From Verrucomicrobiaceae bacterium (GTDB lineage: Bacteria > Verrucomicrobiota > Verrucomicrobiia > Verrucomicrobiales > V1-33): 64,000 nt of DNA. The stretch covers positions 5,620 through 69,619 of the forward strand of contig JAIXPK010000220.1 of the NCBI GenBank assembly GCA_027486335.1. Reading direction: 5' to 3'. Position 1 is the first letter of the stretch. Each line of letters opens with the position of its first letter. The position numbers and the translations under genes were made by a program. Of the stretch, positions 1 through 7,849 are shown piece after piece. The notes below the pieces were generated by a model, which saw only the letters and a list, made by a program, of their open reading frames with translations, did not search any database and was not told the DNA's origin.

Positions 1-2
1 GG

Positions 3-1124
3 TTGGCTAGTGAGAATGCGGTGCCGGCGGTTTCGAGTTACGGGGTGATGTGTCTGGTGGAGGCGAAGCTGACGGGGAAGGACGGGGCTGGGAAGCATCC
101 AGCGGTGGTGAATTTCAATGGCGGGCGGATGTTGTTAAGGGATGTGAAGACGAGCGGGTATGGTCGGGCGCTGGCGGATGTGTCGCAGACCCCGGATTTC
201 GGGGCGGCGTACCGGGTTGAGGGGGAGGACAAGGCGGGGAGTCGGGGGCCGGAGATTGGGGAATACAGTTCGCATGGGGCGGCGAGTTTGTTTGCGTCGC
301 CGGAGCGTTCGCTGCGCTTGGCGGTGAAGGAGACGCCGGAGGTGGCGCGGGATGAGCCGGGGCGGTGGGCGGACGCGACGAAGTTCGGGGCGGATCCGAG
401 CGGGGAGAAGGATGCGTCGGCGGCGGTGCAGCGGGCGATGGATTCGGGCGCGACGACGGTCTTTCTACCGGGGAATTACAAGCTGGAGCGGACGGTGGTG
501 ATTCGGGGGAAAGTGCGGCGGGTGGTGGGGACTGGGGGGATGATCAATTACGGGGGGAAGCTGAAGCCGGATTTCCGGTTAGGGGACGGGGAGTCGCCGG
601 TGGTGATGCTGGAGCATTTTGGGAATATCTTCGGGGGGATGGAAGTGGATACGAAGCGGACGCTGGTGCTGCGGAGTGTGGCGGATTGTGATCTGACGGT
701 GACGAAGCGGGTGGTTGGGGCGGAGTGGTTTTTCGAGGATGTGGTGACGCATCACCTGGAGATGCGGGGGGTGAAGCTGTGGGCGCGGCAGTTGAACATT
801 GAGAATGAGGGGACCCATCTGCTGAACGACGGAGGGGATGTGTGGATTCTCGGGTACAAGTGCGAGCGAGGCGGGACCCTGCTGGAGACCCGGGGCGGCG
901 GGCGGAGTGAAGTGCTGGGAGGATTCAGTTATACGACGACGGCGGGGAAGCTGGCTCCGATGTTTGTGAATCGGGAGTCGTCGATGTGGGCGTTTTTCGG
1001 GGAAGTGTGTTATAACGGCGATCCGTTTGCGGTGCGGGTGGAGGAGACACGGGGAGGTGTGACGAAGCGATTGGGGAAGGACGGGCACACGGCACCGTAT
1101 GCCGGGTGGAGTGCGGAGCGGTGA
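3..1124 (+). CDS. Secreted beta-helix (pectate-lyase-fold-like) protein, 5' end cut by window edge
   Basis: The frame is open from base 3 to the TGA at 1122-1124. The segment KFGADPSGEKDASAAVQRAMDSGATTVFLPGNYKL resembles the N-terminal part of Pectate_lyase_3-type right-handed beta-helix proteins. The function call rests on motif recollection only. Confidence 0.5.
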   Translation: MASENAVPAVSSYGVMCLVEAKLTGKDGAGKHPAVVNFNGGRMLLRDVKTSGYGRALADVSQTPDFGAAYRVEGEDKAGSRGPEIGEYSSHGAASLFASPERSLRLAVKETPEVARDEPGRWADATKFGADPSGEKDASAAVQRAMDSGATTVFLPGNYKLERTVVIRGKVRRVVGTGGMINYGGKLKPDFRLGDGESPVVMLEHFGNIFGGMEVDTKRTLVLRSVADCDLTVTKRVVGAEWFFEDVVTHHLEMRGVKLWARQLNIENEGTHLLNDGGDVWILGYKCERGGTLLETRGGGRSEVLGGFSYTTTAGKLAPMFVNRESSMWAFFGEVCYNGDPFAVRVEETRGGVTKRLGKDGHTAPYAGWSAER

Positions 1125-1283
1125 GGGGGCGGGGATGCGCAGGAGCGGACGGATGCCGCGGCTGAGTCGCATACCACGGCGTTCCCGGAGGCGCTTACAG
1201 AGTGGCTTCAGAGCAGCCAACAAGTCAGAAAATCCCTCGAAGCATTGGGAATGTGAAGCCTTTCATTCCCAACCTTCGTTTTC

Positions 1284-1366
1284 ACCAGGCAGTAAAAATG
1301 GCTGTTTTCAGTGGAAATCTGTTCGCTTTTTCACTGAAATGCCCAATTTTACCCGGCAGTGAAAAT
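1284..1366 (+). promoter_or_regulatory. Operator-like nested repeats upstream of and overlapping the start of the AbiEi-like gene
   Basis: A direct repeat, accaggcagtaaaaat (1284-1299) and acccggcagtgaaaat (1351-1366), is 14/16 identical. It brackets an inverted pair, tttcagtggaaat (1306-1318) and ttttcactgaaat (1328-1340). All lie in an AT-rich patch, and the second direct repeat covers the GTG start at 1359. Confidence 0.35.
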
Positions 1367-2417
1367 ATTTGATTCCAGTAAAAGCACAATCATCCGCCAC
1401 GAAAGCGAGCTGGCCCTCCATTTCCGGGAGTTCCTGCCCGAGGACCCTGATTTGCGCTGGCAGCTGCCACCCGGCGGCAACTGGCAGCGCCTCGACCATG
1501 TGGAACTGGAACTGGATCATCAAAGGCTTGCCTTTCGTCCCTTCTATGAACTGAAGCCCAGCCTGCCGTGGCTGGAAAACCTGAGGGTGTTCCCCGCGTC
1601 TCCGCGACCACTGATCGTGACGCCGGAGTTGTCCCCGCGCATTGTGGCTGCCTGTAAGGAACTTGGTATTGCCGCCATCGACCTCAATGGTCGCTGTTGG
1701 CTGCGCGCTCCCGGTCTGCTAGTGGATCGCCGTCCGCTGCCGGGCCGCTCGTTCAGCTACGAACTGGAGCCGCGAAACATCTTCATTGGTAAGAGCGCCC
1801 GCATTGTCCGGTGCCTGCTCACGGATCGGGACCGCACTTGGACGCAGGGGGAAATCGTCCCACGCACCAAGGCTAGTTCCGGCCTTGTTTCACGTATTGT
1901 GCAGCACCTCATCAGTCAAGGATTCGTCGGAAAGACCAGCGCCCGTGAGTTCCGGCTGCGCGACTGGCATGGGTTGCTCAATGAATGGGTAGAGTCGGAC
2001 CATTTCCCTAAACGCACGCGCACGACGGCCTACGCTGGCTACTTCGGACCGCCACAGGAACTGGCGCACCGCCTCCAGCAATGGGCCAAGACGGAAAGTG
2101 TCCCGCTGGCCTTCACGCAGTGGACAGCTGCATGGACCCGGCATCCCTACACGGAGCCCGTAGTCTGTTCCGCTTATGTCGAACGCCTTCCTGACGCGGC
2201 TACACTCGAGCAACTTGGACTCCGCACTGTCACCGAAGGCGGGAAACTCTGGCTGCATGTCCCGGATGACGAGGGCATCCTGACTGAGACGCAGACGCGC
2301 AGTGGTCTGACGCTCGTCACCGATGCTCAAATCTACCTCGACCTCAAACGCACCGGACTCCGCGGGCCGGAGGCCGCCGCGGCACTACGGGAATGGGAGG
2401 GTTTCTGTCGCCCATGA
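1359..2417 (+). CDS. wHTH-containing hypothetical protein, possible AbiEi-like (type IV TA antitoxin/regulator)
   Basis: 352-aa ORF with a GTG start. It has a central winged-helix-like stretch (TQGEIVPRTKASSGLVSRIVQHLISQGFV) and a C-terminal end (VTDAQIYLDLKRTGLRGPEAAAALREW) like AbiEi-family C-termini. Its stop overlaps (ATGA) the start of the downstream nucleotidyltransferase-like reading frame. Confidence 0.5.
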   Translation: MKIFDSSKSTIIRHESELALHFREFLPEDPDLRWQLPPGGNWQRLDHVELELDHQRLAFRPFYELKPSLPWLENLRVFPASPRPLIVTPELSPRIVAACKELGIAAIDLNGRCWLRAPGLLVDRRPLPGRSFSYELEPRNIFIGKSARIVRCLLTDRDRTWTQGEIVPRTKASSGLVSRIVQHLISQGFVGKTSAREFRLRDWHGLLNEWVESDHFPKRTRTTAYAGYFGPPQELAHRLQQWAKTESVPLAFTQWTAAWTRHPYTEPVVCSAYVERLPDAATLEQLGLRTVTEGGKLWLHVPDDEGILTETQTRSGLTLVTDAQIYLDLKRTGLRGPEAAAALREWEGFCRP

Positions 2418-2964
2418 AATACGAGACCCACAGCGAATACGACCCACGCCATACCGCTCTCGCGGAGAGCGCTTTTCTAACCCTGTGGTCAACGCTCGGC
2501 TCATGGCATGACGATCTGGTGCTCGTGGGTGGACTTGTGCCCAGGCCCGATCCATCGAAGTAACGGGAGTGGATCTCCACGGAGCGGATCAAAAGCTCAT
2601 CGCCCGCGTCTGCGAAGTTGGTCCCTTTCTCGCGCTCAAGCTCCGGGCCTTCTGCGACCGTCAGCAGCCAAAAGACGCCTTCGACATCCTCTACACTCTG
2701 CGCCACTGCGACGGCGGGAGCGCCGCTGCCTTTGCCGCCTTTGCCGAAGAAGTCCGGGTGGGCAATCCCGCCTGCACTGACGCCCTGCGCACCTTGCAGG
2801 AGCACTTCCCAACGGAAACCTCACCCGGTCCAGTGAAGGCTAGCCATTTCGTGCTCGGGCAGGCCCAGCCCGGCGAATCCGAAGACACTCGCTTCCTCCG
2901 CACCACACTGCGGCAGGACATGGTGGACGCCGCCACTCAACTACTCAAAGCCGCCACCGCATGA
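2414..2964 (+). pseudogene. AbiEii/AbiGii-like nucleotidyltransferase, apparently frameshifted
   Basis: The ATG at 2414 opens a 49-aa frame (MKYETHSEYDPRHTALAESAFLTLWSTLGSWHDDLVLVGGLVPRPDPSK*) that stops at 2561-2563. The sequence continues in another frame as ORF 2569-2964 (..GVDLHGADQKLIARVCEVGPFLALKLRAFCDRQQPKDAFDILYTL..). The LVGG and KLRAF..R...KD.FDI motifs fit one nucleotidyltransferase split near 2540-2570. Confidence 0.4.
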
Positions 2965-3177
2965 CCGCCGCCCTGCCAGCACTCGCCAAACTGAAGCCCA
3001 ACCCCGCCTGGGCCTCCCTTCCGCTGTTCGATCGCACGGGATGGAAGGGTGTGGCGTTTGGTGAGTTTGCGGAGAGCATTGGGGAGCGGGCGGAGCCGAA
3101 GGCTGCGTAGGAGAAGATCTATGTGGGGCTGGAGCATCTGGACCCGCAGTGCCTGAATTTCACTAAGCCTGAGAGGC
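2961..3177 (+). pseudogene. Remnant of a type I restriction-modification specificity subunit (HsdS N-terminus)
   Basis: The ATG at 2961 (ATGA overlap with the previous stop) reads ..PLFDRTGWKGVAFGEFAESIGERAEPKAA. An in-frame TAG follows at 3108-3110, then EKIYVGLEHLDPQCLNFTKPER. The W-K-x-V-x-L/F-G-E and Y-V-G-L-E-H-L pattern is typical of HsdS N-termini. The sequence then runs into REP elements with no further HsdS-like sequence. Confidence 0.4.
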
Positions 3178-3233
3178 ATAGGCAGACGGTGACTAGCCAG
3201 TGGACCTTCGGCAAGGCCGGAGTGGCTAGGTCC

Positions 3234-3391
3234 GGTGGCTTGTGCGGAGACAAGGCCGGGACGGCCTTGCTACAGTGGCTGCCGCTGGGGAGGAGGGGCG
3301 TTGGCATTGAGGGTCACAGGCGGGACGCCCGTGCCACTTTGGCGGCTGCGGTGGCTTGTGCGGAGACAAGGCCGGGACGGCCTTGTTTTTT
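3234..3391. repeat. REP-like cluster: two identical 36-bp copies flanking a second hairpin family
   Basis: ggtggcttgtgcggagacaaggccgggacggccttg occurs at 3234-3269 and again at 3350-3385. It contains the hairpin CAAGGCCG-GGA-CGGCCTTG. Between the copies lies tcacaggcgggacgcccgtgccacttt (about 3312-3343). The same two motifs recur at 24.7, 25.4, 41.5 and 63.6-63.8 kb. Confidence 0.8.
3367..3391 (+). terminator. Hairpin plus T6 (a REP copy that has the form of an intrinsic terminator)
   Basis: caaggccg (3367-3374), gga, cggccttg (3378-3385), followed by tttttt (3386-3391). Confidence 0.4.
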
Positions 3392-3438
3392 CGAGTATGA
3401 TTGGCGGCGATGGAGAGGGTGATGGATTCGAGTGCGCG

Positions 3439-4479
3439 TCAGTCGGCGGGGGGATCGGTGGGGAAGGTGGCGAGGGGGCGGACGAGACGGGTGGTGAGGG
3501 GGCGGGTGCGTTCGAAGATGTTGCGGCTGACGGTGGGGGAAGATTGGTAGGAGGAGAACATCATTTCGAGTTTGGCGTCGATGTTGTCGACGTGATGGAG
3601 GACGATGGCTTCCGGGGTTTTGGGGAGGACTGGGGAGCCGTACTGGTATTCGCCGTGATGGGAGCCGATGAGGTGGAGGAGGTGGAGGCGGACCTCTTCG
3701 GAGGTGGGGGTGAGGTCCTTCCATGGGGCGTGGGCGGGGGAGTCGGAGAGCTGACGCCAGAGACGATTAACGAGTTCGATGCCGAGAGGGATGTGGCCGA
3801 GGAGTTCGCCGGGTTCGGAGTAGGGCATGTGGAAGCCGTCGGCGGCGAAGCAGTTTTCCCAGAGCTTGCCGCAGTCGTGGAAGAGGACTCCTGTGATGAC
3901 GAGGTCGCGGTTGAGTTGGGGGTAGGCGGAGCAGACGGCGGCGGCGGTGCGCATCATCTGGGCGACGTGTTCGACGAGACCGCCGCGTCTCGCGTGATGG
4001 TATTCGCGGGCGGCCCCGGTGCGGCGGAAGCGTTCGCCGAATTCCGATAGGAAGAGGGCGCAGAGCGCGTGGAGGCGTGGGTCGGAGATGGATGAGGTGA
4101 GTTGCTGGATGTCGGCGAAGTCGGCGGCTTGTTTTTCGCGGAGGGCGGGTGGGCCGCCGAGGAGCGTGGCGATTTCGTCGGGGAGGAGCGGGCGCATTTG
4201 CCATTGTTTGGCTTCGAGCCCGTACTGGCCGGAGGACCATTCGCCGGAGATGGCGATGAAGGCGTGGGTGGGGAGGGCTTTGGCGTCGGCGTAGATGGGG
4301 GCGTCGCTCCAGACGCGGAGGGTGCAGTGTTCTTCGGCGTCGGCGATTTTGAGTTCGAGGAATTCGCCACCGGACTTGGTGGGTTTGACGGTGGAGGATT
4401 CGACCTGGACGAAGGCTTCGGCTTGGGTGGGGGAACCGGCGGCGGTTTGTTTGATCTCGCGCAGGCACAGAGTATTCAT
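3439..4479 (-). CDS. OB-fold + HD-domain phosphohydrolase (YhaM-like 3'-5' exoribonuclease family)
   Basis: N-terminal OB-like segment (GGEFLELKIADAEEHCTLRVWSD). HD-domain motifs are YHHARRGGLVEHVAQM and VLFHDCGKLWE, followed by LIGSHHG. The start is taken at the MNTLCL methionine (4479); the ORF could extend to 4515. Confidence 0.7.
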   Translation of the reverse strand: MNTLCLREIKQTAAGSPTQAEAFVQVESSTVKPTKSGGEFLELKIADAEEHCTLRVWSDAPIYADAKALPTHAFIAISGEWSSGQYGLEAKQWQMRPLLPDEIATLLGGPPALREKQAADFADIQQLTSSISDPRLHALCALFLSEFGERFRRTGAAREYHHARRGGLVEHVAQMMRTAAAVCSAYPQLNRDLVITGVLFHDCGKLWENCFAADGFHMPYSEPGELLGHIPLGIELVNRLWRQLSDSPAHAPWKDLTPTSEEVRLHLLHLIGSHHGEYQYGSPVLPKTPEAIVLHHVDNIDAKLEMMFSSYQSSPTVSRNIFERTRPLTTRLVRPLATFPTDPPAD

Positions 4480-4594
4480 GTGTTCCCGCATACTGGCCTG
4501 ATGCCGCATGGTCAACCCGGAAGGGCGGTGTGGGGAGGTGAATGCGGAGCGATTGGGCGAAATGCGGGGAGGTGGTGAGGCGTAGGGATTCGCG

Positions 4595-6508
4595 ATGATG
4601 ATTCGGAAGACGGAACTAGTTTTGCTGATGATGCCGCTGAGTGTGCTGATGGCGGCGGGGGTGCGTGGTGGGGAGGCGGAGGCGTTGTGGGAGGCGCATG
4701 TGAGGCCGATGGTGGATGAGCAGTGTGTGAAGTGTCATGGGCCGATTGAGGAGAAGAGCGGGCTGGAGGTGGACACGGTGGAGGGGATTCTGAAGGGTGG
4801 GGATGAGGGGGCGGCGGTGGTGCCTGGGAGGCCGGAGGAGAGCCGGATGTATTTGTATCTGGCGGCTGGGTCGGAGACGCACATGCCGCCGAAGAAGCAG
4901 GTGAGTGATGCGGAGCGGGAGGCGGTGCGGCAGTGGATTGTGGCGTTGGGGGCGCCGAAGGAGGCGGAGGTGGCAGGGCCGGTGGTGGCTGGGCCGGTGA
5001 CGGAGGATCCGGCGGTGGCGATTGATCATTTTATTGAGGCGGGTTGGCGTGCGGGCGGGGTGGAAGGTTCGCCGAAGTGTGATGACCGGACATTTGTGCG
5101 TCGCGTGTGGCTGGATCTGGCAGGGGTGTTGCCGACGGCGGAGGTGCAGGAGGCGTTTGTGAGGTCGGATCGGGCGGACAAGCGGGAGGCGCTGATTGCG
5201 GAGCGGCTGGCGGCGCCGGAGTATGGGCGGACGATGCGGGAGTTGTGGGATGTGGTGCTGATGGGGCGGGGCGGGGATGGGAAAGTGCGGCAGCGTGCGG
5301 AGCATGGGTGGCACGGGTTTCTGGAGCGGGCGTTCAACGAGAACCGGCCGTGGCCGCAGGTGTTGCGGGAGATTATTGTGGGGAGGCCGGATAGTGAGGA
5401 GACGAAGGGATCGCAGTGGTTTCTGTATGAGCGGGAGGCGAAGCATCAGGAGATGGCGGAGGCGATTGCGCCGGTGATTTACGGGACGCGGCTGGATTGT
5501 GCGCAATGTCATGACCATCCGCTGGCGCGGGAGATTCGTCAGGGTCATTACTGGGGATTGGTGGCGGCGTTCAACCGGAGCAAGCGTGCGGAGGGCGGGC
5601 CGCCGGCGGTGGATGAGGCGGCGGTGGGCGGTTTCATGAATTTCACGAATCTGAAGAAGGAATCGCAGGCGGCGGTGGTGGCGCTGCTGCATGGGCCCGT
5701 GGTGGAGGAGGTTAGGCCGGCGGAGGGGGAGAAGGAAGCGGACGGGGAGGAGAAGTATGTGAGTGGTGGCGGCCGGCCGAAAGTGCCGAAGTTTTCGCGT
5801 CGGGCGGCGCTGGCGGAGGCGGCGACGCGGGACAATCCTTTGCCGGCGCGGGCGATGGTGAACCGGACGTGGGCGCAGTTTTTCGGGCGTGGCTTGGTGC
5901 ATCCGGTGGATGAGATCAACAGCCGGAACAAGGCGTCGCATCCTGAGCTGCTGGAGTGGCTGACGGCGGATTTTCTGAAGAGTGGCGGGGATGTGAAGCG
6001 GTTAGTGGGTGGGATTGTGAGGAGCGGGGCGTGGCAGAGGGCGGCGTGGGGCGGGGCGGGTGAGCCGCCGGCGGCGGCGCGGTTTGCGGCGTTTGCGGAG
6101 CGGGTGCTGCCAGCGGAGACGATTGCGCGGTCGATGGCGGTGGTGGCGGGGCGTTCGGTGCCTGATGAAGCGCTGGCGCGGGAGATGGCGGCGAAGTTTC
6201 CGGATGTGATGCCGCGGGAGTATCTGGCGACGACCCAGCAGGCGATGTTCCTGACAAATTCGCCGGTGATGGCGGGGTTGCTGGGGGCGGCGGATGGTGC
6301 GGCGGTGGAGCTGGCGAAGGAGCTGGACGATGCGGTGCTGGTGCGGCGGACATTTGAGGTGGTGCTAGGGAGGGGGCCTGTGGCGGACGAGGCGGAGCGG
6401 GCGCAGGAGTTTGTGGCGCGGCGGGGGGATTCGGTGCGGCGGGCGAAGGCGGTGGCGGGATTGATGTGGTCGCTGATGTGCGGGCCGGAATTTCTAACTA
6501 ATCATTGA
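4595..6508 (+). CDS. PSCyt1/DUF1549/DUF1553 family protein (planctomycete cytochrome-C-like domain protein)
   Basis: Signal peptide; CVKCHGP heme-binding-like motif; DUF1549-like FVRRVWLDLAGVLPTAE; DUF1553-like CAQCHDHPL. It is followed 4 nt later by its usual DUF1501 partner. Confidence 0.85.
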   Translation: MMIRKTELVLLMMPLSVLMAAGVRGGEAEALWEAHVRPMVDEQCVKCHGPIEEKSGLEVDTVEGILKGGDEGAAVVPGRPEESRMYLYLAAGSETHMPPKKQVSDAEREAVRQWIVALGAPKEAEVAGPVVAGPVTEDPAVAIDHFIEAGWRAGGVEGSPKCDDRTFVRRVWLDLAGVLPTAEVQEAFVRSDRADKREALIAERLAAPEYGRTMRELWDVVLMGRGGDGKVRQRAEHGWHGFLERAFNENRPWPQVLREIIVGRPDSEETKGSQWFLYEREAKHQEMAEAIAPVIYGTRLDCAQCHDHPLAREIRQGHYWGLVAAFNRSKRAEGGPPAVDEAAVGGFMNFTNLKKESQAAVVALLHGPVVEEVRPAEGEKEADGEEKYVSGGGRPKVPKFSRRAALAEAATRDNPLPARAMVNRTWAQFFGRGLVHPVDEINSRNKASHPELLEWLTADFLKSGGDVKRLVGGIVRSGAWQRAAWGGAGEPPAAARFAAFAERVLPAETIARSMAVVAGRSVPDEALAREMAAKFPDVMPREYLATTQQAMFLTNSPVMAGLLGAADGAAVELAKELDDAVLVRRTFEVVLGRGPVADEAERAQEFVARRGDSVRRAKAVAGLMWSLMCGPEFLTNH

Positions 6509-6511
6509 GAC

Positions 6512-7837
6512 ATGAAGAGCGACACTGAACCCGGGGAGTGCCGGAGTGATGAACACACCCTGCATCGGCGGAGGTTTCTGCAGGGCGTGGGGACGGCTGG
6601 GTTGGGGTCGGTGGTGACGAGTTTTGCGGGATTGTTCAGTTCGCCGGCGTTTGCGGAGGATGTGAAGAAGAAAGGGAAGCGGTGTATTCTGCTGTGGTTG
6701 TGTGGGGCTCCGAGCCAGTTTGAGACGTGGGATCCGAAGCCGGGGCGGCCATCGAGCGGACCGTTTGGGAGCATTGCGACGGAGATTCCCGGTGTGAGGT
6801 TTTCTTCGTTGATGCCGCGGTGTGCGGCGATGGCTGGGAAACTGTCGGTGGTGCGGTCGATGAAGACGGCGCAGTCCGAGCATTTTCAGGCGATCAGCCT
6901 GCTGCAGCGGGGGAATCCGGACCGGCCCGGGTTTACGCGGCCGACGTTAGGGTCGGTGGTGGGGCATGCGCTGGGGCAGGTGGAGACGAAGCTGCCGAAT
7001 TTCATTCTGCTGGATCCGATTCCCGGGGGGAATGAGTTTCAGGCGTTCAAGGCGGGGAACTGGGCTGGGTGGCTGGGAGCGGAGTACGGGCCGGTGAGGA
7101 TGGGGGGCGAATACACCCAGTTGTCGGCGGCGGGGGATGGATTGACGCCGGAGGATAGGGAGGAGCGGGAGGCGCTGCGGCGTTTTATGGCGAAGAAGTA
7201 CGAGAACGAGCGGCGGAGTGCGGCGGCGCGGAGTCAGAATGCGGTTTTTGAGCGCGTGCGGGGGTTGATGGCGTGTGCGGATTTATTTGATCTGACGAAA
7301 CTGCCGGAGGCGGACCGCGCGCGGTACGGGCCGGGGATGTTCGGGTTGAACGTGCTGCAGGCGCGGCATCTGGCGGAGAACGGGTGTCCGTTTGTGATGG
7401 TGGCGAACGGGATGAACTGGGACAACCATGTGTTTCAGCATGAGATTCATCAGATGCTGGTGCCGGAGCTGGACCGGATTCTGTTTCATCTGGTGAATGA
7501 TCTGGAGGAACGCGGGATGCTGGATGATACGCTAGTGATTGCGATGGGTGAGTTCGGGCGGACGCCGTGGCTGAATCCGGCGCGCGGGCGGGATCATTAT
7601 CCTAACGCGTGGAGCCTGATGATGTGCGGTGGGGGGATTCGTCGTGGCGTGGTGACGGGAGCGACGGACGAGGATGGCCGGGAAGTGGTGGAGAAGCCTT
7701 ACAACGAGCAGAACCTGTTTGCGACGATCTTCACGGCGCTGGGACTGGATCCGCATGCGGAGTACGGATTGCCCGGGTTGCCGACATTCCACCGGGTGGA
7801 GAATGAGGCGGCTCCGATCCGGGAGATCCTGTTGTGA
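6512..7837 (+). CDS. DUF1501 family (sulfatase-fold-like) protein with Tat-type signal
   Basis: RRRFLQGVGTAGLG twin-arginine leader; GEFGRTPWLN and GRDHYPNAW motifs; canonical pairing with the upstream DUF1549/DUF1553 gene. Confidence 0.85.
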   Translation: MKSDTEPGECRSDEHTLHRRRFLQGVGTAGLGSVVTSFAGLFSSPAFAEDVKKKGKRCILLWLCGAPSQFETWDPKPGRPSSGPFGSIATEIPGVRFSSLMPRCAAMAGKLSVVRSMKTAQSEHFQAISLLQRGNPDRPGFTRPTLGSVVGHALGQVETKLPNFILLDPIPGGNEFQAFKAGNWAGWLGAEYGPVRMGGEYTQLSAAGDGLTPEDREEREALRRFMAKKYENERRSAAARSQNAVFERVRGLMACADLFDLTKLPEADRARYGPGMFGLNVLQARHLAENGCPFVMVANGMNWDNHVFQHEIHQMLVPELDRILFHLVNDLEERGMLDDTLVIAMGEFGRTPWLNPARGRDHYPNAWSLMMCGGGIRRGVVTGATDEDGREVVEKPYNEQNLFATIFTALGLDPHAEYGLPGLPTFHRVENEAAPIREILL

Positions 7838-7849
7838 GGGAGGAGATGG

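Noticed and set aside
3123-4050. ORFs 3123-3422 and 3235-4050 on the + strand as real genes.
   Set aside because: The first is the HsdS stub running into REP elements (..GDKAGTALLQ.., ..ETRPGRPCFF..). The second is antisense to the well-supported HD-domain gene and is Gly/Glu/Val-rich filler.
4616-5941. Very long ORFs antisense to, or out of frame with, confident genes. Examples are 4616-5941 (-), 9742-10467 (-), 12938-14197 (-), 26323-28344 (+), 42031-43962 (-), 42968-44017 (+) and 58723-60177 (-).
   Set aside because: Their translations are Arg/Pro/His/Gly-rich low-complexity strings with no motifs, and each lies wholly inside a gene with strong family signatures. Such stop-free alternative frames are expected in high-GC DNA.
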